A DNA stretch of 64,000 nt from Phoronis australis (GCA_002633005.1 NMRA01000200.1:592527-656526), one strand, 5' to 3'. Positions 24,901 through 39,900 are shown, counted from the stretch's first letter. Numbers and translations are program-made. Notes: generated by a model not told the origin, from the letters alone.

Positions 24901-27900
24901 GGGGGAGGGGGTACGGCGAGGGTTCTCTGAAAGGTGATGATAGTATGGACATGCCGTCAATTCAGGTGGGTATTTTTGTCTCTTCGATATAATCTTGGAG
25001 TATTTTGCTCGAGTAGATATTTTGCCAGCCTGAATAATTGCTTTGGCTTTGTGGTATCAGCTAAGATGGCAGGCAAAAGAAAAGAAGGTTTATGAAAGTG
25101 CTTTATTGTCGGGGATAGGGTTTTAGATGCGTTAACAGCCTTCGGTAATCGTTTCTAGATAGCCTAGTTATGATCACCATTTGAAAAATGACGGCATCTC
25201 CCTATCTTGTAAGTGGAAGAGAATTTATGATGAGGGTCACTTTGGGATGACATCAGACAGTGAGTGAATTAGTGACACACTACAAGGAGCTTGCATTCTG
25301 TAGTTGTAGTTGTTTTACTATTATTATCAACTATTGGAAAACCTGGAAAGAACCAGTCACCAAATTACCCTAAATCAGTGAAGACAGTGCAAAGTTTATC
25401 AAGTTATAAATTGTGCTGTTGTCAAGTCATAATTTCAACCACTGATGGCAATTTACAATCAGAGGAAGCAATACATTTCTCAAAAATGCATCAATAGAGT
25501 ACAAAAATGTCACAGCATATGATTATGGCAATTAGATTATACAATACAACACAATCAAAATTAATCAGCCTGGTGAGCTAATTTGCATTGTGGAGTTTAA
25601 TAAAATATAAATTTGATTCAAACACATATCTAAATATGTGAGAGCCAGAATTTAACAAGTAGGTTCAGGATTTGAGTGAAGATTATTCAGTGCCTGGGGG
25701 GAGGGGGTACGGCGAGGGTTCTCTGAAAGGTGATGTTGGTAGGGACATGCTGTCAATTCAGGTGGGTATTTTTGTCTCTTCGATATAATCTTGGAGTATT
25801 TTGCTCGAGTAGATATTTTGCCAGCCTGAATAATTGCTTTGGCTTTGTGGTATCAGCTAAGATGGCAGGCAAAAGAAAAGAAGGTTTATGAAAGTGCTTT
25901 ATTGTCAGGGATAGGGTTTTAGATGCTTTAACAGCCTTCGGTAATCGTTTCTAGATAGCCTAGTTATGATCACCGTTTGAAAAATGACGACATCTCCCTA
26001 TCTTGTAAGTGGAAGAGAATTTATGATGAGGGTCACTTTGGGATGACATCAGACAGTGAGTGAATTAGTTACACACTACAAGGAGCTTGCCTTCTGTAGT
26101 TGTAGTTGTAGTACTATTATTATCAACTATTGGAAAACCTGGAAAGAACCAGTCACCAAATTACCCTAGAACAGTGAAGACAGTACAAAGTTTATCAAGT
26201 TATAAATTGTGCTGTTGTCAAGTCATAATTTCAACCACTGATGGCACTTTACAATCAGAGGAAGCAATACATTCCTCAAACATGCATCAATAGAGTACAA
26301 AAATGTCACAACATATAATTATGGCAATTAGATTATACAGTACGATACAATCAAAATTAATCAGCCTGGTGAGCTAATTTGCATTGTGGAGTTTAATAAA
26401 ATATAAATTTGATTCAAACACATAATCTAAATACCCGAGAGCCAGAATGAAATAAGTAGATTCAGGATATGGGTGAGGATTATTCAGTGCCTGGGGGAGG
26501 GGAGTTCTCTGAAAGGTGATGTTGATAGGGACATGCCGTCAATTCAGGTTGGTATTTTTATCTCTCTTGATATAATTCCTGGCGATATGTTGCTCAAGTA
26601 GATATTTTGTCATCCTGAGTGTGTATTTTAGCTTGGTGTTATCAGCTAAGACGGTAGGCAGAAGAAAATGAGGTTGGCAGAAGTACTGTTGTTCGGGATA
26701 AAGTTTTACATCCATTAATAGCCTTTGATAATCATTTTCTCAATGGCCTAGGTACTGCACTAATCATGATTTGAAATATGACGGCATCTCCCTATCTGTT
26801 AAGCGGAAGAGTATTCATGATGAGGGTCACTTTGGTATGACATCAGACAGTGCATGAATTAGTGACACACTACAAGGAGCTTGCCTTCTGTAGTTGTAGT
26901 TGTAGTTGTAGTACTATTATTATCAACTACTGGAAAACCTGGAAAGAAACATTCATCAAATTACTCGAGAACAGTGAAGACAGTGCAAAGCTTATCAAGT
27001 CGTAAATTCTGCTGTTAGTGTTAAGTCATACTGTCAACCCCTAATGGCACTTTATAATGAGAGGAACTAACACATTCCTCAAAAATGCATCAAATGTGTG
27101 CAAAACTATCACAACATATGATTATGGTAATTAGATTATACAATACAATACAATTCAATACAATCAAAATTAACCACCTGTTGAGCTAATTTGTATTGTG
27201 GAGTTTAATAAAATATAAAGGTAACTCAAACATATATCTAAATACTTAAGAGCCACAATTAAACAAGAAGGTTCAGGATTTGGGTGAGGATTATTCAGTG
27301 CTTTGGGAGGGGTGAGGGTGTTCTGAAAGGAGATGTTGGTNGTCCTCTGAAAGGAGATGTTGGTAGGGACTTGCTGTCAATTCAGGTGGGTATTTTTGTC
27401 TCTTCCATATAATCTATAGGAGTATTTTGCTCAAGTAGATATTTTGCCATCCTGAGGGTGTACTAAGATGGCAGGTAAAAGAAAAGGAAGTTGATGAAAG
27501 TGCTATTGTCCGGAACAGAGTTTTACATCCTTCAATAGCCTATGGAAATCATTTTTTCAATTGCGTAGTTACTGCACTGATCATGATTTGAAATATGATG
27601 GCATCTCATTATTCCTTAAGCGGAATGGTATTCATGAAGAGGGTCACATTGGGATGACATGAGACTGAGTGTATTAGCGAGACAGTACAATGAGCTTGCC
27701 TTCTGTAGTTGCAGTACTATTATTATCAATTGAAGGAAAACCTGGAAAGAAACAGTCATCAAATTACCCTAGAACAGTGAAGACAGTCCAAAATTTGTCA
27801 AGTCATACAAACTGATATGTCCTACAGGTTACAATAAAAGTAAAGTGAAAGTAAGTTTCAGGAGATGCAATGCAAGTATTCCAATGTTCTAGCCTCCCAT

Positions 27901-30900
27901 GATCATGAGTTTTGAAGAGAGGTAAAAGCAAAATTCAAACTTAAACACCACGCTTAAGACTATGTGAGGTACACGCCAAAAATTGACAGCAAACACCCAG
28001 ATGCCCAATAAATATCAGAGCTGTCTTCTAATGACAGCTAGTGTTCTCTTTTCTGCAGGAATACGTATAATTGTGGCAACCGCACAAAAAATGAGATTGC
28101 CAAAAAAGGCATAGCAGAAGACTCAACTATGCGAATATTAATATCAGCCTGTTTTCAATGTGAAGACATAGGTCAAATTTCAAGATCATTTTCCAGTGCT
28201 TTGGGTAAGAGAGAGAGAACAGGTGAAAACAGACAGCAATATTGTACCATATACTCACTAATTTCAAACAAAATAATCACAAAGTAGCACCAGTTTTCTT
28301 ATTTTCAAGGACTTTCAATACTGTTTTGAATACCAATAATTAAAAAAAAAAATAGTCTGATGTAAATTGAATCTACTAATAAAACCACACAAAGCATTAA
28401 TTTGGTGCAACATAACTTTGATGAAAAAGAGGCTGCTGTTGTCTTCTCCAATACAGTAACATACGTCGCAAGAAATACAGAAACAAAAACTCAAAATGGC
28501 CACTACTAAGGAGCAGAATCTGAAGAAAACTGATATGCACTGTTCTTGATTTAAAAATGTCAGTTAAGATTCACAAAGACCAATGAAGACTTTTCGGAGA
28601 CAAGACAGAGGGACACCAGATATTAAAAGGCTGGCTAACAGAAATGACGACAATATATGTTTACTTAGTGCATAACATGCGAATTGGCAAGTGTAACCAG
28701 TGTAAACTACTGATTGTATAGTGAAAATAAAACTCAAAAGGTCATTCTAGTACATGAGGTGACAATATTGGTTACTGTAAGCAGAATTATTATTGAAGCT
28801 CCCGTTGTACAATTTTGGACCTTTTAGGCTACACAAACCACTGGAAAACAACGTACATCATGGACTCTCATGAATGACCCTATAATACATCTACACGTGT
28901 CACTACAACATGTACATGGGCCCCCACAAGCTACACAAACCATCAAGATAATTACAAGATACGTACTGCATGCTCCCTGGTAGGATACGTGAATCATCTT
29001 CTGGTTCTTACAGTTTTCTTCATCCAACTTGCACTTGTTGGCGTAAGTCATACCATCAGTTCCACACACCTACAACATAACTCATCACTGAATTATAGGC
29101 ACTGTTACTGCAAAAAAAACCTCCAAAAGTAAATCTGTCACCTGCCATCAGGCTCGTTGGGCCAATTGGTAACTAGTTTTGTAGCGAGGAGGGATGTGAC
29201 ACTTTTAACTCCACCTGAACGGCAAGCTGGTACATCACAGTTATGTCCAAGAGATGGACAGTTCATACTCCTACAGCAAAGTCAACTGGAGTAACCCAGG
29301 TTAACTGCACAGCAATACCCAAGACACAGACTTAGAGAATACCATTGATGCTTGTTAATCAGAAGAGCAAACTGGTTCTCAACACACAGGCCCCTGTCAG
29401 TGACCGCTACCCTTGACAACTACATGTAGCAGCCACAGCCAACCACTGTGTTGAATAGCCACTGTCAAACCCTCAAAAACAAGATTAATCACTATTCTTT
29501 AACACATGCAAGAACTCATACAGAGGAGTTGTTGTACAGTTCTAGAGTGTTTAAGCTAGTAGGTGATGTCTGCACAAAGAGGATAAGAGTATACAAAGAC
29601 ACATCACTAGATTATAATGCGTTGTAGACCTATGAATGATCATATATGATTTTTAGAGTACATGAGTTAGGTTAGTCACATAGTTTTACTATTTGGTTTG
29701 TGCAATCAAAGCATATAATACCATGAGCACAAACAGACGCATCCTAGCTACGTGACGGTCACATTAACCATGATCAATGGCTTCCAGGACAATCGAGAGT
29801 ACATATAATGAAATATGTACCTAGCTAATGAAACTTAAAACGTAACAGTTATGTTAACAAGCATGATGACCAAAGCTCAACACCCAAAAAGTAACCATAT
29901 ACTTACAGGCTTGTGTTCTTCTGAGCATTTAGGACACTCACAGATGGGCTTGTTGTTCCTTACTTTACACTCGGCTCCATAAGCACATTTAAAATCTACA
30001 CAGAGACCACCATCAGCTGCAATAAAGGAATAACATGACAATAAACAGACACTAAGCTGAAATAACTGACAGCTTATTTGATATTTACAAAAGAAAAGCA
30101 CAACCATTAGAAGGAACTCTAATACAATGTCTGGGATGTTTAACACAAACATAAGAAACAGCACACAAGTCTAATCACATGAGTTCGGTTTGCGTACGAT
30201 TTAAAAATTGTGACTGATTACTACTGTAATGATGTGCATAATACCACATAACAGTACCCACTTCAAGTTGGTGTGTATTATAGCTCACAACTGACTACAA
30301 GTTGGCAGGCTGGTATACAGCTGAAAAGTGGGTGCAAATTGATGTGTATCACCGTTAGAAACAGAATGCTCATTGACGAGTATTATAGCTAAGAACAAAC
30401 AGACTATGATTTGGATAGTATTATAGTTGTATATTACAGCTAAAACTAGTTTTAATTTGATGTCCATCACAGTAAAACCCTGAGGCAAGTTGAACTGATT
30501 GCAATGGGGAGATGTATCATTGGCAAGAACTAGATGGAAGTTGATGTACTGGTAACTGGTTGGAAGTTGGCATGACCACTCATCCACGAGTATTCCAGCA
30601 GAGAACTCACCACAAGTTCCAACAAATTTGATTGTAAGATCTTTGTTCGCTTTACAAGACTTCTTCATCAGATCACAACTATTCTCATATGTGACACCAT
30701 CTGATCCACACACAGGCCGGTAGTACCGCGACTCACAGGTTGGACATTCACACTGTGCAGGTCGTCCACTATTAATCATGCACTCAGCATAACGTCTACA
30801 CTCCAAGTTGCCACAACCTTCACCTGTAATAAAAAGACCAAACAAACGGTAAAATTGTGAAGTAACTAAACACACAATTAGATGCCAGCACAAACCACCT

Positions 30901-33900
30901 CCAGCAATAGTTGAATAAAGAAATTTATGACAGTGATTTTTATGCATTGGTTTAAAAATTTGATAGAAACAAAGATGAGTATAATTAAGTATGAACACGT
31001 TCACGATGCTCAAGTGTTTGCCTTTTTCCTACTCCAAAGTGTTGTTCAACCCCTTTTACTTAATATTTGCCTGGTGTCAAATCTGAAGATGACTTGAATC
31101 AAATTTTGCATGGATATCAGTCATAATTACACTTGCTTTGCAACAAACCACCAATGATTTAATTACCATTAGTCATTAGGGTACAATGTGAAAGTGAACA
31201 GTAATTCCTGAGGCAAGTTATTTGTCATCACTTTTTAACCAAGTAAACTTGAGAAAGAGCAAAAATAATTCCCAAAATTACCCTTTTTGTTTCGAATGGT
31301 CTTCTGCATAGTTTTAAATGCCAATAATTTTTCAAAATATTCTCTGATGGTAGCTACAGTACAGAACTTGAATATGGTAAAGCATTAATTTGATGCAACA
31401 TTAAGAAAATATTATAAAATAAAATTTCACTTGTCTGCCATATCATGTCCTAAATTCCTAACGGGATTTTCCATAAATAAGCCCATGGGCGTGTATTCAG
31501 CAAATGAAAATTTGAAGGCGTTTTAGTAACACCAAATAAACACCCGGGTGTTTATTCGGAAAAGAAGGGCAGATAAACGGAAAGTCATAGTTTTTCTGAC
31601 TTCAACATTTTTTGCTTAAAACTGTGTTATTAAATTCTATGTTAATAAATGCGTAATTCACCAACACCTTGCCCGCTTTTATATGTAAATGCTCCATATA
31701 AAAGTTGACTGGGAGTGGGCTTTTAAGAGGAAATTTTCTGAATAAACGCCCCACTATCTTGACACTTAACACCAGAAGTTGTGACACCAAATAAAGACCC
31801 ATGGGTGTTTTTTTGGCATAATTCTCCAAATAAACAACCATGGACGTTTTATCGGGTGGGCTTATCTACGGAACACCCCAGTAAGATTTTACAGTTTTCA
31901 CGGTTTCCACTATTTCATTCACTTAGAGAAAACAGACGTAGAGCATAGTGATCTCATGCAAGACATGACGACTGTGTTTGCCACACCTTCATATATTACT
32001 TACTGCCATCACATGGTCCCTTGTGAAGCACACGGTATGTTTTCCCTTTCTTGCATCCTTCAATCTTCATAAAACATTTATTGCTGTATGTCCGACCATT
32101 GTTAGCGCATACTTCTTTTATTTCTTCAGGACATGATTTCATGTCACACTTACACACAGGTTTGCGAGTGCTGTCAAGCTGACACGTTTGGGAGTAGGAG
32201 CACTTCTTAGTCTTACAGGGATCTGCAAAGATCAAATATGACTCAAATGTATTGTTTAAAAAAACTTGCCAAATAAAACAGTTCCGGACTAAGTTAAAAC
32301 AACACAATGGGCTCGTTGAAAAGTTGAAAACCAGCACAGACATGGAAATATAGAATGGGAGGGAGGTATGGGGTGTGGGGAAATGGAGGGGGGAGGAAGG
32401 GAAGGTGGAGAGGTGGCAGAGCAGCTTGTATGAGGAAAAAAGAGGGAAAGAGTACATTATACTAGAATAAGTGAAGTTTATGTCTTGGGAAAGGCTTCGT
32501 TCTTCTACTTAACATACAATTTGGATGGTGGATGCCAAACCCACATACATATTATGAGAGTGCGTAAGAACAGGTCTCTCCGCCAAAGTTTAACTCCGTC
32601 TGACCAGTCAGGCTTATACCTATTCTGACATACATTCTTGTCAATAACATTACTCCCTCTCATATACAAGTTGTTTGTTAAGTAGATGAACCCTTTAACT
32701 AAGTTTGGTTTGGACAAAAACTCCCCCCTTCGACAAACATTGCTCAAAGATTTAATTTGTCATTTGATATGACATGAAATATACAGTAATACATCAGAAG
32801 TCATAGAGGAAAGCAACTGTTTTTGTGTCATTTTTGGTTAAATTATGGTTTTCTGGTTAACGTAGATAACGTTTCAAGCTAGGTTCTCATCAATTACTCA
32901 TCTATGCCTCTGCAAGTGACAATCGCGGCCCACATCATTTGCCACCAGCTTTGATTAAAATGCACTTCGAGCTATTTGACATAAAATGTGTCATTTTGTA
33001 CGTCAGCTTGTAACAAGTTGGACCGTTGTTTGCCTTTCTCCAAGTCCTATTCAGCATGCCTGAAATTTGTTATATGTGTCGAGATGCACGCATTATGAGA
33101 TCTAGAATGGTATACGAGTTCCATTTCAGATTTCTAGCCGATTACAAGATCTGTTGAAGTTGGCTAATTCGCATCAAGATTGCAGCATTGCCCTTCACGC
33201 CACAGTTAAAGCAGTGAAAAGTTATCATGTGAAGGCAAATATTTCTTACTATTACATTACAAAAGGGACATAGAGATCATGAAGGTATCCAGTAAACACG
33301 TCTGAAGAAGGATGCCATACCGTCGGTACTTACCGTCTCTGCTGTGTTGAAACCTGCTAGCTGGGAGTTGTTTTTTTTTAAATGCTAAAGCGTCACAAGC
33401 TGTAGCCATTGTGACGTAAGATCCAGTGGCAGATCTAGGATATCACAAGGCGGTGCCCAACATTTTGTCTGTAAACATTTGCTCAAAGCACGATTGTAGA
33501 TGTGCATAGCACCGAATGGGGGGGAGGTCAGGAGGGGGGTTGCCCCTCCTGCCCAGGAAATTTTCCTGTTTTTTCCTCTAAAAATCGAGCATTTTCCTTG
33601 ATTCCTGAAGTACTATCCAAGAAAAAAGGCAAAAAAAAAACAAAAGACAGGAAAAACTGCAATTACCACAGACTCGAACTCACAACTTGGCGGATAAAGC
33701 ACTGCACCACCATGATTTAATTCCTAGTTTGATACTAAGAGACCTACTTGTTTATGATCCACAGCGTTTGCGCGTGAAACCTACTTCTTTTTGTAATGCT
33801 TATTACACGTTTTATATTTTGTGCAATCAGTTCATAACAAATTTGTTGTATTTAAAATAGTCTTCAATTGCCCAAAAGACCAAATCCGTTTTTTGTGTTG

Positions 33901-36900
33901 GCAATAATGACGCAATTGCTTTGGAAATCGTCTTAAGTCAAGGTTTGACAAAGAGAGAAATATGAGTCTCTGAGTGATTCGATTAAAATTCACATCTTAC
34001 CAGCAGCTTCTGTTTTTTCATCGTCTCTCAGATTCCGTTTTCTTTAAAAAATGAAGTAATTTTCTTCATTGCACAATGGAGCAGATGACGGAAACGGAGT
34101 CGTAGTGCGCAGCGCCACTGCCGGTTGCCTGGGATATCGCGGTAGAGCCTATACTTAGCCACAGTTCCGTTACGATTGTGCCGTGTTCCGAATTCGACAC
34201 TTGAAATTGGATCTGAGCTCCCCCAACACTAAAACTGCACACATTTAAATCTTGTTTCAGCCGTATAATTTTAATTACCGGGGTTAATTAAAAAACTCAA
34301 CATTTCCCTACGCTCTTGCTGTTTTATTTTTTTTTTGCGGCAGCCAAGAGGGGGCCCGGGCCCCCTGCCCCCCATAAATCCGCCAATGAGATCATACAGC
34401 TGGTGTCACCCTTGAGTGTGAACAGTTACCGCAACGGTCATCGCCACCGACCAGCACTGCTTGGCCATGTACGTAATTCGTGTTTTTGTGGATGCTGATT
34501 CAAGCAATCCCGTCCACAGCAGATAAAACAATGGCTATATCCCACTCAATTGAATTCTAGATCAATCAAGAATTGTCCAATATACTCATTCAAGGCAACA
34601 CATCATTTCTCGATACTATGAAAGAATGCGTTGGGAGGTGCCATTATAGTTTTGTCATTTGGGAAGGTGTAGTTTTGAGAAGGTCAATTGCAATACAAAA
34701 GGTGAAAAATAGCCAAACATGAATGGCACAATTTTTCCAAAACTTTGTTTAACTTATCTTGTTAATTAAATGGCCGTTTTTAAAAAACTAATACAAGCTT
34801 CCCAAGTCTTCTAGTTTTAAATTTAAATCAACTTACCACAGATACCAGTGTACATGATGGAGACACTCTTTTGTGTTTCACACTTCCTTTTTGAGAGTTC
34901 GCAAAAATCGGTGTAATCTCGCCCATCAGAGCCACAGACCGAGCCAAGGTATTCAGGGTCCCCAAACAGTTGGCAGCGTCTGGGACATTGACAGCGAGCC
35001 CTCTTGCCATCCAAAGAAGGAGTACACACAGAACCCATCTTGCACTTCACATGGTCGCAAGGATTGGGTAGTTCTGTAGTGGAATAATTATCAGACTTCA
35101 GTAAAAGACAGAAGTAGGATAGTGGCAATACTATCAGGCAACTAAAGACATCCGCAGAATTGCACTCTTTTCACTGGATCCCTATTACGGTAAAGTAATT
35201 TACAGTGTTTAATCGTGTTACTTGTGTTAGGTACCACAGAGAATACAGTTGAATGAAAACCAAAAGACAGACAACTATAGATCTTAATTTATATTGCTAC
35301 CACTAGCTTACAAACCCAGGTTTCAACACAAATTCATTAATCTAGGCAGTTCTGTGATAGGTACATGATTTCCAAGAAAACTTCATTTGCAAATTGATAT
35401 AAACATTCAAAACAAGCCAGCTGGTTCAGTATTAGCGTCCTACATTTGGTTGGTTGTGGCAGTCGCGAATCTTATTTTCACAGAAATAATGGCATTCTGG
35501 TGAATCATGTCTAACTTAGGATTTGAGGAGTTAAGATACCCTAACATACTTCAACAGGATTAACCTGGGTAAGATCTAAAACAAGCACCTAGCACATGTC
35601 AAGGTATGTTAACAAACCTGAAAAAAATGTCAACACTTGAACATCGTTCATCGCCCAATTTATGTCACACCTTATCTTATGAAATAAATGCATTCATTTT
35701 GTGTAGATAATGAGGGAAATCAATTAACTGAACATTCAAAAAATGAAAATTAATTGTCATAAACAAGTACAAAGATGGTTACCATAGGACGATTGGATGA
35801 AATGAAGCTCATAAAGCCAAATGCAGTGTGATCTGAACTCTTATTGGTTCATGTTTTGGGCAAGAACCCTGTTAAGAGTTTTTATTATGAAAAATGCCAC
35901 CTATTTCGAACAAAAGTAATTGATCTTCATACACTTTTCAAAAGATAAGAACATAGATGTAAATGACTAATGTTACTGGGTAGATTTCTAGTTATATCTG
36001 ATGACTGGTCACCTCAAACCAGATGCAGTACGTAGGCCTAGACCATGCTGTCATTACTATAGTTCTGTATAGGGCTTTAAGAACAGGTTTACGTACAGTG
36101 ATAACATTTGAACTTGTCTATTTGCATATGCAGGGGTCATACAGAAAATGACACTTACTACATTTGCCCTTGGAGCGTAGCTTTATCCTCTTCTGCTCTA
36201 CACAGCTGGTCTGTCTCATCAAACACTCGTTGTCGTAAGTTACCCCATCACTACCACACACAGGACGCACAGCAGTCCGACAAGTCTCGATACATTTACA
36301 ATATGGTTGCTCATTGGTACTGTTTACCCGGCACACCGCACCATATGCACAGTATTTCATATCACATGGAGTTTCTTTCGGTTCAGGTCTCTCCACAAAA
36401 GGCTTATCTGAAAGAATGAAAAAACATTGAAACCCAGTTCGTCAGTACTGTGAAACTTGCACAAGTTCAATCTTCGCTTAACTTGGAAAAAGTTCCAGGC
36501 TACAGTCTTCCAAGCTAGAGCACTTGACCCTAGATAAATTGAATTTCACTTAACTCTCAAGAAATCTCTCAGGCTAATTGTATTTGGCATATGCAAACTG
36601 AACTAGAACTGAAATTTTCACCAAATACATTAATCACATGGTCGAATTTTTTCTTGGAAGCTTGCTCAGTTGTTCCTTTACAAAAACTCAAGTTACATGT
36701 TACATCTTCAGTTCTGCGGATGAAAAACTTGCATACAACTAGTGACTGCTGAGAAGACGAACTTTCAAAGATGGCCATTCTGCCAGCTGTTTCCCTTCCA
36801 AAACAAAAACGTAAGCACTCAAGAGAAAGAGTGTATGGCGATGATGCAATTAAATACTGAAAACAAAAATTGCCAGCATTACTCTGAGATTGATTCAGAA

Positions 36901-39900
36901 AGATCTGTGAGATGACTTGGAAATACTGGCACCTTAATAAGGACATCACACCAACACTTTGAGTTTCAGCCTACAGTTAGGCCTTGAGTACTCATTGTAA
37001 CAAGACATGTTACATGTAAAAAATTCATGTCAGTTGGAGGGCACATTCCTTAAGAAGACTGCCCAGTCAGAAATGAATGGAAAATGATGACATCAGTGAT
37101 AGTGAGGACTGATGCTGGTGAGCAACGATGACAAACTAAGCAACATAGCAGTAAATGTCAAACAAAAGTGTAACAAAGCATCGGTCACTAAAAGGTAATC
37201 AAAAGAATCAAAAACTGAAAGTTGTAACAAAAAACGATGACATAAACATGTAGCATTTTACAAGATCTTTGCACATTTACCAAAAATAGATCTCCAACAC
37301 CTATGGTTCTGTAAAGCAAAAAGTTGAATAATTACTGCCAAAGTGCTATCTTGCATGTTGTGTTTAGTTTTTATTATGTCCGAAGAGAAAATACAACCTG
37401 TAGCGTGCACACAAACTTGCAAGCAAACAAACTTCACATCAGAGTAAAGAGTTATGGGGCCCGTTCCAAGAAAAGCGACTTAGCTAAGACAAATCTTAAA
37501 TTTCAGTCAATCTTATAAGTTTCAAGAGAGAGATCTTAAGTTTGGCTTATATTTTTGAATTAAGTTTTGTCTTAATCTTGACTATCTTACCGGATGTGGA
37601 AGTTCCACATATCAGCCCATTTGCACCAAATTAAAAAACTTTTATTTAATTTTGATGAAGTGATTCACGCATAGACAAACACACATACGCCTCACTAATG
37701 GGCACAGTCAGCTGTTCACCACTGCTTATGTCTATCTGTACATAAACATTTGGATTATTGTCCATGCTCACCCATCTCCTACTGATAATATTGGAATAAG
37801 TGCCTACTGCTCAACTAAGCCCACCCTCTACTTCTTAGAGCTTTCAATTAGGTACCCACTGCTCTGGCTAGCATCCACTCATAGGAATTGATTTTCAAAA
37901 CAGTAAACAATCTTTCAAATGTGAAACTGGATCAATTTCCAGTCGCATTCTACGAAGTAATGACTGGAACTTCGGATGGTCATCAGGATATCGTATTCTG
38001 TTAAAGCATTAAAATTGTCACGTTCTTGAAATCTATGCATACCTAAGCTAAAGTCAGCCAGAACATATCATTCTAGGGTACAACAAAAATATTTTTGTAA
38101 AAGAACTTATCTTTGCTAGCAGTTTTAAGAGCCAAATCCTGTCATGCTTACCTCCAAAACCAAAGTAACAGGCATGTCGCTGGTTACACAACGTTTCATG
38201 GCTGACCTATTTTTTCATATAGTTATGGCACATATTCAGTGTCAAGGGTCACCAGACTACTTTGTTTTTGAGTATTTTCATAGACACAAATTACAATAAT
38301 TTGGGGCTACAAAAACACCTGAAGTGTTATAGATGTACCAAACGTGCAAACTCCGATCACCCAATAATGGAAATTCGACATATTTTGAGGCCTTTTCTTT
38401 CATACAAAACTAAAGTTCTATTGAACGTAAGACACAAGTTTTTTGCTATTAAAATCTGCAATGCATCATGGTCCTGCATCATTATGCTATTCAGCCAAGG
38501 CATACCAGGGCTCGACACTATGAAAATTCCCAGGTCGCATTTTGCAACTAATAGCCAAAATCCCAGGTTGCATTTTCAAAATCCAGCTCACATTCATAAA
38601 TGCCAGGTCGCAAAATTTTGCGCCATTTTTACGTGCCAAAATTGACATTTTAGATCATCGAGAAATATATTATGCTTTTACCTGTGCAAAATTGAGTTCT
38701 TGCATTCAGATACAGCATTACTGTTCTTCACAGCCGCCATTGAAAGGCTCTAGAGCGCAAGGCTAGTTGCCAACGTGAAAGTTGAATCCGTGCTCTCTAA
38801 CCGACACGTGCATTCAAGTAGCTAAGCTTGCAATGTAAAAATGGCGAAAATACTCGTTGAAAAAGTATCCGCGATATTGTTAGGTCTGACCTGCTATATG
38901 ACTGTCATCAAAATCCTTAAAGATGTCAATTAACTCCAAGTGCAAATCCCTCCATTTTTGTTCACAGACCAAACCTTGCAACTTTAACGACGTTCGTAAT
39001 ACATCCTGTAGCAGAAAATATTAGCCAATGGAACACGTCTGCATTTTTCCATGTTCATGCGACATGCTTAGAAGTCATTGGGAGGGCTGTTCTTGGTTAG
39101 TGTTCCTTTGAACATCATTTAGCAACAACCAAATAACGGCTGGATTCACACAAGTTGCTTTATATTTGCCAGGTATCTGCCGAGAAGTGTAAAAACTCAG
39201 CTCGTCTAAGTTGGAAATTCCAGGTTGCATTTTGCGACTTGATACGAGCTGGCAAAAATCTCAGCTCGCATTTCCAAATTTCTGGTCGCAAATGCGACCT
39301 GCAGCTCGTTATGTCGAGCCCTGCATACGACTCGCAAAAATTTTAGAAGGAAGTTTTTCAATCTTTTGAATACCAAAATTTGAACTGTGAACAAAACAAG
39401 GGATTTTGATCTTACTGTATCTTCAACCACTTTGATCACATTCATATGGTAGGTTAACCTTGGACTGAGATGGGCATTTTGCATCATATATTTTCTCCTA
39501 TTTCAAATTGCATACTTAGCTAATCAAATAGATAAGTCAGTTAATGAACACCCATACAACTTCCTGTAATCAACTAGCCTTGTGGCAAATTCTCTGAACT
39601 TCGGCTCTGTGAACTTCAATTTCGAAGGTCATAAGATGGCCAGGGCGACTGTCTGGCTTAGGTTACGTAAGTGTCCATGTTCGAGTAAAGTGCCTACCCT
39701 CAATTTCTTGATATTAGCTAATACAACAAGTACACAAGTGGGAAAGACCACCATGGAAATAAGTTTTTTGGGTGATAATCTGTAGAATGGATTTTATTTA
39801 ATCCAATTTATTATTATACTTTTGTATGAACAAGCATGTTATTGTAAAACAAATCAAATCAAAGTTTGAGACATATTCTGTCTCATAGAATGGCCCTAGT

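Noticed and set aside
27323-27365. Short direct duplication ctgaaaggagatgttggt
   Set aside because: It flanks a single n, so it is a contig-overlap artefact; array copy number is therefore uncertain.
21783-27815. Tandem C/D snoRNA array (atgatga...ctga)
   Set aside because: The boxes are antisense to the host gene, the D box is missing in several units, and no terminal stem is seen.
30285-31013. Long ORF-track entries (also 679-1215, 31996-32457) as single-exon genes
   Set aside because: Only the internal AG/GT-bounded parts have agrin homology; the extensions are intronic read-through.
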